Below are positions 33,205 through 40,439 of a stretch of 41,003 nt of DNA, piece after piece. The first letter of the stretch is position 1; each line of letters begins with the position of its first letter. This DNA comes from a virus (lineage: Duplodnaviria > Caudoviricetes), in the IMG/VR virus record IMGVR_UViG_3300033076_000432, positions 1-41,003 of that record; one strand, written 5' to 3'. The position numbers and the translations under genes are program-made. The notes beneath the pieces were generated by a model. The model was not told where the DNA came from. It made no database searches and was given only the letters and a program-made list of their open reading frames with translations.

Positions 33205-34509
33205 TTACTCACCCTCCAAGCGCCGCCGTGTCTGGCGCGCAATGATTTCTGCAATCGTCAAGTCCTGCGGCCAGCGCGTGACCGGCTGCGGCTTGGGTTT
33301 CATCTCCTCCCGCCACACCAGACAGGCATAGCGGAAAGCGTCGGCGTAGTGACTCGTCCAATCGTGGCGCGGCTTGTCACGAAACGCCTTCTTGTCCTCG
33401 TCGTACTCGCGCTGGTACTGCTTGAGTGCGTCCACGCCCTCGGCGCACCGCGCATCAATGAAGCAGTCGGCCAGCGTCAGGCGAGCCGCTTGAATGCCGT
33501 CCACCAGGCCAAGCTCAGGCACGATGCGCGTTTTCCAGCCCAGCCCGGTTAGCTGCTGCTCGATGCTGCGGCCCGTCTGCAGGCTCTTTGCTCTAGCGTC
33601 GTGCGGTAGCCATAGCCACTCCCCGTAGGTGTAGGGCTTGGCCTTCAGCACATCGTGATAGTGCGCAATCGGCATCCCATGGGTGGAGTAGCAGTCAATC
33701 AGGCGCAACTCTTTGCCGACCTGGAACCACCAGATGGCCGTGTCGTCCGAGAAGCCCAAGTCCAGCACCGCGTGAACCTTGAGCGCCGGATCGTGCAGGT
33801 TGGCCTTGATGCGCCCGTCCTGCTCGGCTTGCCACAGTTCTTTGCCGTAGATAGCGCCTGGCAGTGCGGCATCAAAGTCGCACTCCATCTCCTGCCGCCA
33901 CGCATCCTCGGTGAGTTCGATGCGCAGCGCGTCCAGTTCGTCCGCAGGCAGCAGCCCCGATTCGCTAGCCTTGATCTGCAGGGCCAGCCAATCCTCGTTT
34001 ACTTTAGCGTGTTCAAACGCTTCCCAGAACTGGTTTCTGCCCTTCGGCGTGCCGATGATGACGCCCCAGCCCTGCCTGTCGGCCAAAGCAGGCCGCACCA
34101 CGTAGCTCCAGACGGTAGGCTTCCAATCCCCGTACTCGTCAGCCACGATGCCGCTGAACGCCAGCCCGCGCATGCGGTCTGCGTTGTCCGCGCCGAATAG
34201 CTGAATGCGGTTGCCGTTTGGCAAGTCCACCCGCAGTTCAGCCTCGTTCACCTTCAGCCCTGGGATAGGCTGCGAGAAGTGCTTGATGTAGTCCCAGGCG
34301 ACCGTCTTGGCCTGCGCGTAGAACGGCGCACAGTAGGCGTACAACTGCCCGCGCCGGGTGTCCCGAGCAGCCGCCCGAATCAACTCGTTCACGCAGGCGA
34401 CCGTTTTCCCAGCGCGACGATGCGCAACCACCACCGCCCATCGCTCCCGCCTGTTGTGCAATGCCCGAAAAGCCGCCCTCGGCTTGTACGGGATGACGAT
34501 CTCAGTCAC
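33205..34509 (-). CDS. terL: Terminase large subunit
   Basis: Walker A HRRAGKT, Walker B IVADE, IGTPKGRN; nuclease motifs DLGFSDDTA and HDWTSHYADAFRY. Confidence 0.93.
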   Translation of the reverse strand: MTEIVIPYKPRAAFRALHNRRERWAVVVAHRRAGKTVACVNELIRAAARDTRRGQLYAYCAPFYAQAKTVAWDYIKHFSQPIPGLKVNEAELRVDLPNGNRIQLFGADNADRMRGLAFSGIVADEYGDWKPTVWSYVVRPALADRQGWGVIIGTPKGRNQFWEAFEHAKVNEDWLALQIKASESGLLPADELDALRIELTEDAWRQEMECDFDAALPGAIYGKELWQAEQDGRIKANLHDPALKVHAVLDLGFSDDTAIWWFQVGKELRLIDCYSTHGMPIAHYHDVLKAKPYTYGEWLWLPHDARAKSLQTGRSIEQQLTGLGWKTRIVPELGLVDGIQAARLTLADCFIDARCAEGVDALKQYQREYDEDKKAFRDKPRHDWTSHYADAFRYACLVWREEMKPKPQPVTRWPQDLTIAEIIARQTRRRLEGE

Positions 34510-34810
34510 TAGCCCAGCGCAGCGTCATGTCGGTTTTGATTTCGCCCGAGACCGGCTGCTCTGCCTTGCCCCAGCCTCTGTCGAGCAGCGCGTTAGCCGC
34601 CGCCACCTTCGCAGGCCCGGAACCTGAGCGCAGCGCCTCCAGTAGGCCGTTTATGGCCTCTTGGGTGTACTGCCGCGCCAATTCCCGTACGTGTTTGACA
34701 TCCTCGGGCAGCTTGGGCCTGCCGCCAGGGTTCATGCGGTTCCCCGGCTGAAATGGGCGACCGCGCGGTTTCTTGGGTTTCTGCGCGGCGTCAGGGGCTG
34801 TAAAGCTCAT
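34502..34810 (-). CDS. terS: Terminase small subunit (DUF5681-like)
   Basis: FQPGNRMNPGGRPK and AANALLDRGWGKA; overlaps the terL start. Confidence 0.75.
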   Translation of the reverse strand: MSFTAPDAAQKPKKPRGRPFQPGNRMNPGGRPKLPEDVKHVRELARQYTQEAINGLLEALRSGSGPAKVAAANALLDRGWGKAEQPVSGEIKTDMTLRWASD

Positions 34811-34940
34811 AACACCTCACGAATAGAAAGCGCCCACTAACTTAGCGGGCGAAGTGGCAACCACCACAGGAGATAGGGGGCCGGGTCGCTTCCTGCGTCG
34901 ATTGACGGCTTTGGAGTGTTGAAGCGCCCGGCCGAAAAGC

Positions 34941-34962
34941 AAAAAGCCCGCGCATGGCGGGC
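34941..34962 (-). terminator. tR'-like terminator just downstream of the late promoter
   Basis: Minus strand GCCCGC-catgc-GCGGGC-TTTTT. Confidence 0.75.
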
Positions 34963-34996
34963 CTTGGGAATTTTGGGACAAGCTGTCCCGCGAAAT

Positions 34997-35024
34997 ATTC
35001 TGGCAGGTTTTTGCGGGTTGTCAA
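34997..35024 (-). promoter_or_regulatory. PR'-like late promoter
   Basis: TTGACA, 16 nt, CAGAAT immediately after the Q-like gene and before a terminator. Confidence 0.7.
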
Positions 35025-35030
35025 CCCCCC

Positions 35031-35408
35031 TTAAATCACCCCCGCCGCCTCCAGCCTCAGCAGCAGCGCCCCCCTGGCCTGCGCGACCAGCACCGCCCGC
35101 TTATGCGCGTCCGCTGGGAGCCGTGGCGATGTCCACACCGCTTTTCCCGAGTGCAGGTTCCGCGCCTCGATCTGCAGCGCCGTGCGGTACAGCGGCTGCA
35201 GTTCCCCGATGTGGAAGTCCAGCGCCTCCATTCGGGTGTTCCTGATGGCGTCGTCCGCTATGGTGCTGGTGCTGTCCCAATGCCTCGGGCTTGTCGCGTC
35301 GTGCCACATTGCGCTCGGGCCGATGTCGCGGGCGTACTGGAAGCTGCGGCACCAGTGGTGCCATTCGGCTAGCAAGTCGTCCAGGATGTGGCGGGCGTCG
35401 TCCATCAT
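35031..35408 (-). CDS. Late antiterminator (Q-like)
   Basis: ILDDLLAEWHHW start and LDFHIGELQPLYRTAL; followed by a promoter-terminator pair and the terminase genes. Confidence 0.6.
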   Translation of the reverse strand: MMDDARHILDDLLAEWHHWCRSFQYARDIGPSAMWHDATSPRHWDSTSTIADDAIRNTRMEALDFHIGELQPLYRTALQIEARNLHSGKAVWTSPRLPADAHKRAVLVAQARGALLLRLEAAGVI

Positions 35409-35719
35409 GCTGACCTCGCTGCGTAGTCCCACACACTGGATGGCCCGCTGGCGAACTTGCGCGACCGTTTCGGCGGCTTCACCCCGCGCACTTCGTCAAG
35501 CAACTCGCGCCCCTGCTCGGTAATGGCGAACACCACTGGTTTGTCACCCACTCGCTTGGCGTAACCCAACTCCACCGCCCGCTGCAGGTACTTCGCCGCG
35601 TCGTGGCCGTCCAGCGATTCACCCGAGGCTACAGCCACCATGCGAGCAGTCGCTTGTCCGTCGTCTCGCAGGATGCGCAGCACCTGCTTGATGCGATTGC
35701 CGATTACTGCCATGCTCAC
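35405..35719 (-). CDS. Winged-helix protein
   Basis: IKQVLRILRDDGQATARMVA...AAKYLQRAVELGY...SSVWDYA. Confidence 0.6.
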   Translation of the reverse strand: MSMAVIGNRIKQVLRILRDDGQATARMVAVASGESLDGHDAAKYLQRAVELGYAKRVGDKPVVFAITEQGRELLDEVRGVKPPKRSRKFASGPSSVWDYAARSA

Positions 35720-35916
35720 TCCTGACGCCCATGCCGCAATCTGTACTCAACATGCATGGCAAAGTCCGGGGGGAATGGGCCAATTAGCCTGCGCTCCACA
35801 TATTGCAGCCATGCGCCGTGGTTGTCATCAACCCGCACCGGATACCATGCAAACCAACGATGCCACTTTCGCAATCTTTCTAACTGTCGCCGTGGCGATT
35901 CGCTGCTGAAAATCAT
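35716..35916 (-). CDS. Hypothetical protein (WHRWFAWYPV type)
   Basis: Recurrent phage motif WHRWFAWYPV...WLQYVERR. Confidence 0.65.
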   Translation of the reverse strand: MIFSSESPRRQLERLRKWHRWFAWYPVRVDDNHGAWLQYVERRLIGPFPPDFAMHVEYRLRHGRQE

Positions 35917-35919
35917 CGA

Positions 35920-36219
35920 TCACCTCCCATCGTCCACATCTGCCACCAGCACCCGCAGCGCCCTCAGAGCCGCTTCAGGGCCGTCAACCAGCGCCAAGGG
36001 CATGTCTGCCCACTCCGCAAAGAATCGCTCCTGTAGCGCCGTTTTGCGCTGTGCGCTCGGCACCTTGGAGCCGTCCTTCACTTCCATCAGCATCAGGCGT
36101 CCGCAGTGCCCTACAAGCAAGTCCACCGGCAGGCCTAGCACCCACACCCGCGCACCCGCAGCGCGTAGTGCGCTCACCACCTGAGCCTGGTTGGCGTCAA
36201 CCCGAGCGGCTCGCCTCAT
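35920..36219 (-). CDS. VRR-NUC-like PD-(D/E)XK nuclease (resolvase position)
   Basis: RAARVDANQ..VV.ALR..G...PVDLLVG...LMEVKDG...TALQERFF. Confidence 0.75.
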   Translation of the reverse strand: MRRAARVDANQAQVVSALRAAGARVWVLGLPVDLLVGHCGRLMLMEVKDGSKVPSAQRKTALQERFFAEWADMPLALVDGPEAALRALRVLVADVDDGR

Positions 36220-36247
36220 GCCAATAACCCCGCACTGCACTTGCCTA

Positions 36248-36275
36248 TTGACATGCTACGCATTGCGTATATGAT
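36248..36275 (+). promoter_or_regulatory. Promoter with a palindromic operator in the spacer
   Basis: TTGACA, 16 nt, TATGAT; TACGCA-t-TGCGTA at 36257-36269. Confidence 0.75.
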
Positions 36276-36302
36276 TGCGCCATCAACCACCCGGAGCGCA
36301 CC

Positions 36303-36521
36303 ATGCCTACCTTCACCATCTCCCATTCCCTGCGAGCCCTCCAAGCGGCCACCATCAGCGCCCGCGAGCGCAGCGGAGATAAGCACATCGGCACCACCGC
36401 CGAACGCGGAATGTTCACTGTTGTGCGCGTCATCCCGAATGGCCGCAAGGCCGCGACCGTAACGCCTCTCAGCCAGCCCATGCCGATCCACGATGCGATC
36501 CAGTTCCTGCACGCCCTCTGA
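36303..36521 (+). CDS. Hypothetical 72-aa protein of a counter-oriented moron
   Basis: GGAG RBS; first gene after the 36248 promoter. Confidence 0.6.
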   Translation: MPTFTISHSLRALQAATISARERSGDKHIGTTAERGMFTVVRVIPNGRKAATVTPLSQPMPIHDAIQFLHAL

Positions 36522-36705
36522 GATTGCGCAGGCCCGCATAGCGGCGGGCTTGACGCAGCGGGAAGCCGCTGAACTGGTGCATCTCGGTTCGCCTGTCCGT
36601 TGGACTGAGTACGAGAACGGCACGCGCAACATTGATGCTGCACGCTGGGAGCTTTTCAGGCTCAAGGTTTGGTTACGCTCACGCAAGATCAAACTCCCGT
36701 GGTAA
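36493..36705 (+). CDS. XRE-family HTH protein
   Basis: TPSEIAQARIAAGLTQREAAELV...RWTEYENGTRNI...WELFRLK. Confidence 0.75.
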   Translation: MRSSSCTPSEIAQARIAAGLTQREAAELVHLGSPVRWTEYENGTRNIDAARWELFRLKVWLRSRKIKLPW

Positions 36706-37167
36706 GCAGTCGCCATGCTGCTGCTCGACATTGCGGGACTTGGCCGTTCCCGATGGCCTTAAGGCGGTGTGTCCGATGGGCCACCCCATGAGCAATGCGT
36801 GGGGTTCCATCCTCCCAGCTATTGGTCGGCCAAGACGTTTCGCCGTCGCGTGCCAATAGTCGTGGCAATGACTGCAAAGTGTTTGCAGGTTGGCCGGATC
36901 GTTGTTGGTTTGGTCCTGGTCGCAATGGTGAACCACCAACCGTTTCTTGTACCCGCAAACCTCGCAGGCTTCCTTCCGATGCTTTCTGGCCCTCCACAAA
37001 TACGCGCCGGGCGTCACTTTCTCTCTGCTGTTCGCGCATGTCAGAGAACAAAACTCCCGCTTCTGATAAATCGTCGCATCCTCCAGACGACCGGAGTACC
37101 TTTTTCTGCTGAACTGCTTGCCGCAGTTCTTGCAACTTTTCGTTTGCAACTCCAATGCGTGCGACAT
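36679..37167 (-). CDS. HNH endonuclease nested in an alternative frame of the C5 MTase gene
   Basis: CKNCG..F...FCSLTC Zn knuckle; CEVCG...VHHCDQDQTNNDPANLQTLCSHCH HNH motif. Confidence 0.8.
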   Translation of the reverse strand: MSHALELQTKSCKNCGKQFSRKRYSGRLEDATIYQKREFCSLTCANSREKVTPGAYLWRARKHRKEACEVCGYKKRLVVHHCDQDQTNNDPANLQTLCSHCHDYWHATAKRLGRPIAGRMEPHALLMGWPIGHTALRPSGTAKSRNVEQQHGDCLPREFDLA

Positions 37168-37918
37168 CTATTTCGCCTCCAACCTGGTGTGCCCTTTTGG
37201 CCATCCCATCAAAAGCTCGACCCAATCCGGGTTCAGCAGCCCACCAACTTCCCACGGCAATGTCTTGCCACGGCTTTGCGCATCGCGCTCCGCTTTCACT
37301 TCTGCCGTGCATGAATCGCTCCGGTAATCCCTGGCGGTTGGCGTCGGCCACATCCGCACCGCAGTCGCAAGCCCGTCCCCGCTGGTCGCACTCGCACCCT
37401 TGCGGTTGTGGTTCCCGCACACTGTCGGCGTGGGCCAGAATCCAGAGTCTGTCCCTCTGGTGCGGCGCCCCAACATCGGCTGCTCCCAGCACCGTCCACC
37501 GGCAGTCATACCCGAGCGCGGCCAGGTCACCGAGAACTCGTCCGAGTCCCCGAGTAACGAGTGCTGGGCTGTTCTCCACAAACGCGAATCGGGGTCGAAC
37601 CTCGCCAATGATGCGGGCCATTTCTCCCCATAGCCCGCTGCGCTCGCCGTCCAATCCGGCACCCTTTCCTGCGACGCTGATGTCCTGGCACGGGAAGCCT
37701 CCCGAAACCACATCAACAACGCCTCGCCACGGTCGCCCGTCAAAGGTGCGCACGTCATCCCAAACCGGGAAATGCGGGAATGTTCCGTCGGCTTGTCGGG
37801 CCAGTAGAACTGATCTGGCGTAGGCGTCGTACTCGACTGCGCAGACGCATCGGTGTCCGAGCAACTGGCCTCCGAGAATGCCGCCACCAGCCCCGGCAAA
37901 AAGCTCCAGCTCATTCAT
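36689..37918 (-). CDS. DNA (cytosine-5) methyltransferase, alpha polypeptide (409 aa)
   Basis: ATG 37918; motifs I LFAGAGG, IV GFPCQD, VI ENS, VIII HQRDR and X AIGNGQV; no motif IX. Confidence 0.9.
   Translation of the reverse strand: MNELELFAGAGGGILGGQLLGHRCVCAVEYDAYARSVLLARQADGTFPHFPVWDDVRTFDGRPWRGVVDVVSGGFPCQDISVAGKGAGLDGERSGLWGEMARIIGEVRPRFAFVENSPALVTRGLGRVLGDLAALGYDCRWTVLGAADVGAPHQRDRLWILAHADSVREPQPQGCECDQRGRACDCGADVADANRQGLPERFMHGRSESGARCAKPWQDIAVGSWWAAEPGLGRAFDGMAKRAHQVGGEIDVARIGVANEKLQELRQAVQQKKVLRSSGGCDDLSEAGVLFSDMREQQRESDARRVFVEGQKASEGSLRGLRVQETVGGSPLRPGPNQQRSGQPANTLQSLPRLLARDGETSWPTNSWEDGTPRIAHGVAHRTHRLKAIGNGQVPQCRAAAWRLLTTGV
37168..37914 (-). CDS. Putative beta polypeptide of the C5 MTase, in an overlapping frame
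   Basis: 248-aa open frame starting 4 nt after the alpha ATG; WPTP repeats and motif-IX-like LNPDWVELLMGWP. Confidence 0.7.
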   Translation of the reverse strand: MSWSFLPGLVAAFSEASCSDTDASAQSSTTPTPDQFYWPDKPTEHSRISRFGMTCAPLTGDRGEALLMWFREASRARTSASQERVPDWTASAAGYGEKWPASLARFDPDSRLWRTAQHSLLGDSDEFSVTWPRSGMTAGGRCWEQPMLGRRTRGTDSGFWPTPTVCGNHNRKGASATSGDGLATAVRMWPTPTARDYRSDSCTAEVKAERDAQSRGKTLPWEVGGLLNPDWVELLMGWPKGHTRLEAK

Positions 37919-38025
37919 GCCACCCACGGCATCTGCCGCACGTACCACCGCCACGCCCACTCGGCATAGGCCCTGTCGCGCTCGGCCATCCAGGCGCAGT
38001 GGGCCACGATTCGCTCGCGTGTCAT
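37915..38025 (-). CDS. 36-aa hypothetical protein
   Basis: MTRERIVAHCAWM...QMPWVA; ATGA-coupled to both MTase genes. Confidence 0.5.
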   Translation of the reverse strand: MTRERIVAHCAWMAERDRAYAEWAWRWYVRQMPWVA

Positions 38026-39044
38026 GCGGCCTCCGCAAACAAATCAAGCGTCCGCGCCACCGGCATGCAATGCGGGCTGCACCACAGCGTCTCGCTTGCG
38101 CTGTTCTCCACCGCTTCATCCGTCAGCGCATAGCCCTTTCTGGCCGTCCAGGTGCGCGTGTGCCACCCTACCCCTAGCAATTCGTCATGCTCGCCCCTGT
38201 GGCCGCATAGAACGATGCGCAAGGCCTTGTCGTTGCCATGCTCCTTGCACCATGCCCGCACCTCCCCGGATAGCTCGCCCCCGACACCTCCGGCGCTGTA
38301 GTCCATCGCGCCCTTGGTGTACGGCGGGTCAAGAAACAACGCGGTCAGCCCGTGCCGCGTGGTAACCGAATCCTTGACAACCCGGCTCCAATCCCCGCAT
38401 GTCACCCGGACATCTCGCAGCCGCTGGCGCAATAGCGCCATCCATTCGTGGATATAGGCCGAACGAGCGCCCTGCCCAGCATCGCCAAGGTGCGGGAGTT
38501 GGCGATTGATGCCCTGCCCAGCGGAAAGGTGCGGGAGTTGGCGATTGATGCCCCGCCCAGCGGAAAGGTGCGGGAGTTGGCGGGAATCCACCAGCGTCTC
38601 GCCGTCATGTATCCACGGCCCCGTCCCGCTACACCATCCCGTGCCAATCCAGTTGCACGCCCCCCAGCACCACCAGCCCGCAATCTTGGCGTCGTAATAC
38701 TCCGGGTCGCCGTGCAGCTTGTCCGTTAGTCCTGCAGCGTGCCGCACCAGCCAAGAGTGCCGAGCAAACAGGTCTACCTCATTGCACGGCCAATCGGCGG
38801 CATCGGCCACCGCCTCCGGGTCAGCCGCAACGGCCCTCCAGAAGTTAGCCACAAAGCCATCAGCGTCGTTGATGGTTTCAACCCGCTTGCCATCCGGCGC
38901 ACCGAGCAACATAGCGGCAGAGCCAGCAAACGGCTCGACGTAGTTGTCCACCGCGCCGAACGCCTGCCACACCTCGTCGCATGCGCCCGATTTACCCCCA
39001 AACCACGGGAATGGAGCGGCCAAGGTTCCAGCTATGCTTTTCAC
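38022..39044 (-). CDS. D12/Dam-class DNA adenine methyltransferase
   Basis: PFPWFGGKS, YVEPFAGSAA, TIND and FLDPPY; probable GTG start at 39044 (GTGA coupling). Confidence 0.85.
   Translation of the reverse strand: MKSIAGTLAAPFPWFGGKSGACDEVWQAFGAVDNYVEPFAGSAAMLLGAPDGKRVETINDADGFVANFWRAVAADPEAVADAADWPCNEVDLFARHSWLVRHAAGLTDKLHGDPEYYDAKIAGWWCWGACNWIGTGWCSGTGPWIHDGETLVDSRQLPHLSAGRGINRQLPHLSAGQGINRQLPHLGDAGQGARSAYIHEWMALLRQRLRDVRVTCGDWSRVVKDSVTTRHGLTALFLDPPYTKGAMDYSAGGVGGELSGEVRAWCKEHGNDKALRIVLCGHRGEHDELLGVGWHTRTWTARKGYALTDEAVENSASETLWCSPHCMPVARTLDLFAEAA
38469..38582. repeat. 39-bp tandem repeat (~3 copies) inside the Dam-like gene
   Basis: AAGGTGCGGGAGTTGGCG at 38487, 38526 and 38565; peptide RQLPHL x3. 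Confidence 0.92.
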
Positions 39045-39307
39045 GCGGCCCACTCCCTCTGCGCCCGCCCGCTCGCACTCGGCACCGTGCGCCCCGTCAG
39101 CCGCACCAGCCCGCGCCGCTCAAGCTCGCCCATGCGCTTGCCTACCTGATGGCCGGACAGGTTGATGCAGCGCCCGATAGCGTCCACGCCCATCGGGCCG
39201 AACTCCTCCAGCGCGGACACAATGAGCGAGTAGTGATCGTCCAGAAACACTACGGCCATCTGCGCGGCCATGTGCGAGGTGGCGGGGTCTGTGTGGCGGG
39301 CTAGCAT
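39041..39307 (-). CDS. Winged-helix protein (ARxTDPxTSHxAA type)
   Basis: LARHTDPATSHMAA...QVGKRMGELERRGLVRLTG...SGRAQREW. Confidence 0.75.
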   Translation of the reverse strand: MLARHTDPATSHMAAQMAVVFLDDHYSLIVSALEEFGPMGVDAIGRCINLSGHQVGKRMGELERRGLVRLTGRTVPSASGRAQREWAA

Positions 39308-39414
39308 TCGATGTCCCCCGTCAGGATGAGCGCTGCCGTAATCTCGGCCACCGTGGGCGTTCTGTCGCCAGCACGGACGCGCTCTAGGATGCAGATTGCT
39401 TCGATGTAGCTCAT
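39301..39414 (-). CDS. 37-aa hypothetical protein
   Basis: MSYIEAICILERVRAG...ITAALILTGDIEC; overlaps both neighbours. Confidence 0.55.
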   Translation of the reverse strand: MSYIEAICILERVRAGDRTPTVAEITAALILTGDIEC

Positions 39415-39740
39415 GCCGTAATCCCCTTCCTCAGTTGCGCCAGGCGCTCCCGCACCGCATCGGGCATCGGGGCCGCTATCAGCGCGTCCGCTTCAATCTT
39501 CTGCAGCGCCGGGTCTTTCGCATCCATCGCCCGCCGCTCCACCTCAAACACGCCCCGGTATCCGTACACCGCGCTCTTTTCAAGCGAGGCATTCGCGTCC
39601 CAGCCGTTCGCATGCATCGCCATCAGCTTGCGAATCACCAGCTTTTGCGCCAGCGGGGTAAACGGAACCTTCATCGCCTTTCTGCTTTCCACATACGCGG
39701 CCCAAACTTCTGGATCTATGTACGCAGGTAGTGAAGTCAT
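39411..39740 (-). CDS. Short replication protein resembling only the C-terminal domain of lambdoid initiators
   Basis: LPAYIDPEVWAAYVESRKAMKVPFT..A...IRKL......D....LEKS...GYRGVF; in-frame TAG three codons upstream; O-gene position. Confidence 0.65.
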   Translation of the reverse strand: MTSLPAYIDPEVWAAYVESRKAMKVPFTPLAQKLVIRKLMAMHANGWDANASLEKSAVYGYRGVFEVERRAMDAKDPALQKIEADALIAAPMPDAVRERLAQLRKGITA

Positions 39741-39754
39741 GTATTGCTACTCTC

Positions 39755-39970
39755 TTTCTTCCTAGGTTTGCCTTTGGTGGGCGTGACTCAGCCAATCCCA
39801 CCGCAGTGGGTTGGCCTTCACGCTTTGCCTTCGGAGCCGCAGCGACCCGCCAGCCGTTCGATGCAAGGGCGCTAGCTTCGCCACCCTCTCCCCTGTCTCA
39901 GCACCTATCCAACAGTCGGGGACTTCACCTTGCGCCGCTGCCGTTAAACCATTTCCAACCAGCGCAAGGG
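39755..39970 (-). ncRNA. Candidate structured non-coding RNA or ssDNA element upstream of the replication gene
   Basis: At least 6 helices in ~215 nt; its 5' part is shared by the two alternative upstream cassettes. Confidence 0.5.
39894..39970. repeat. Second copy of the 77-bp repeat
   Basis: Identical to 1-77. Confidence 0.97.
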
Positions 39971-39980
39971 TCGATGCGCT

Positions 39981-40439
39981 CTATGTCACACCATCAAACT
40001 CCCTGAGCCATTCGTCGCGCATGTCCGCTTTCGGAAACGGAATCACGTTGCCGATGTACTTGTCACGAAATGCCTTCACACCATCCACAAGCGTGGAGCC
40101 GGGCAACCTGGGGTCGAGCCATTGGCCCTGCCACCTGTACTTCGTCACCGTGGTTTGCGCAAAGTTGATATCGCCCTTGTCGTTGTGCGATGTCAGAAAG
40201 GCCACGGCATATCGAGCGGGCGGCTGATGGCACGCATCACACAGTCGCTCAATGGCAAGGCGTTGCCCATACGGCACCGGAGCGCCCGCGTACTTGGCCT
40301 CCACAAAAACAAACAACTTGTTGTTGAAGTCAATGAACGCGTCCAAATCGGTCGGGGTAATCTTCCCGAACGTCAAGCCACTCATGTCGGCTATCTGTTG
40401 CCGATACATGCGGTTCTGAATAACGCCGCGCTCACTCAT
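39981..40439 (-). CDS. PD-(D/E)XK-fold nuclease-like protein (152 aa)
   Basis: ATG 40439; TPTDLDAF...FVFVEAKY...GQRLA pattern. Confidence 0.55.
   Translation of the reverse strand: MSERGVIQNRMYRQQIADMSGLTFGKITPTDLDAFIDFNNKLFVFVEAKYAGAPVPYGQRLAIERLCDACHQPPARYAVAFLTSHNDKGDINFAQTTVTKYRWQGQWLDPRLPGSTLVDGVKAFRDKYIGNVIPFPKADMRDEWLREFDGVT

Noticed and set aside
37919-38119. N-terminal extension of the C5 MTase (476-aa call in the ORF track)
   Set aside because: It overlaps the Dam-like gene and a coupled 36-aa ORF; motif I starts right after ATG 37918.
38469-38582. Repeats as a mini CRISPR array
   Set aside because: The intervening segments are near-identical, the period is an in-frame 39 bp inside a CDS, and there are no cas genes.
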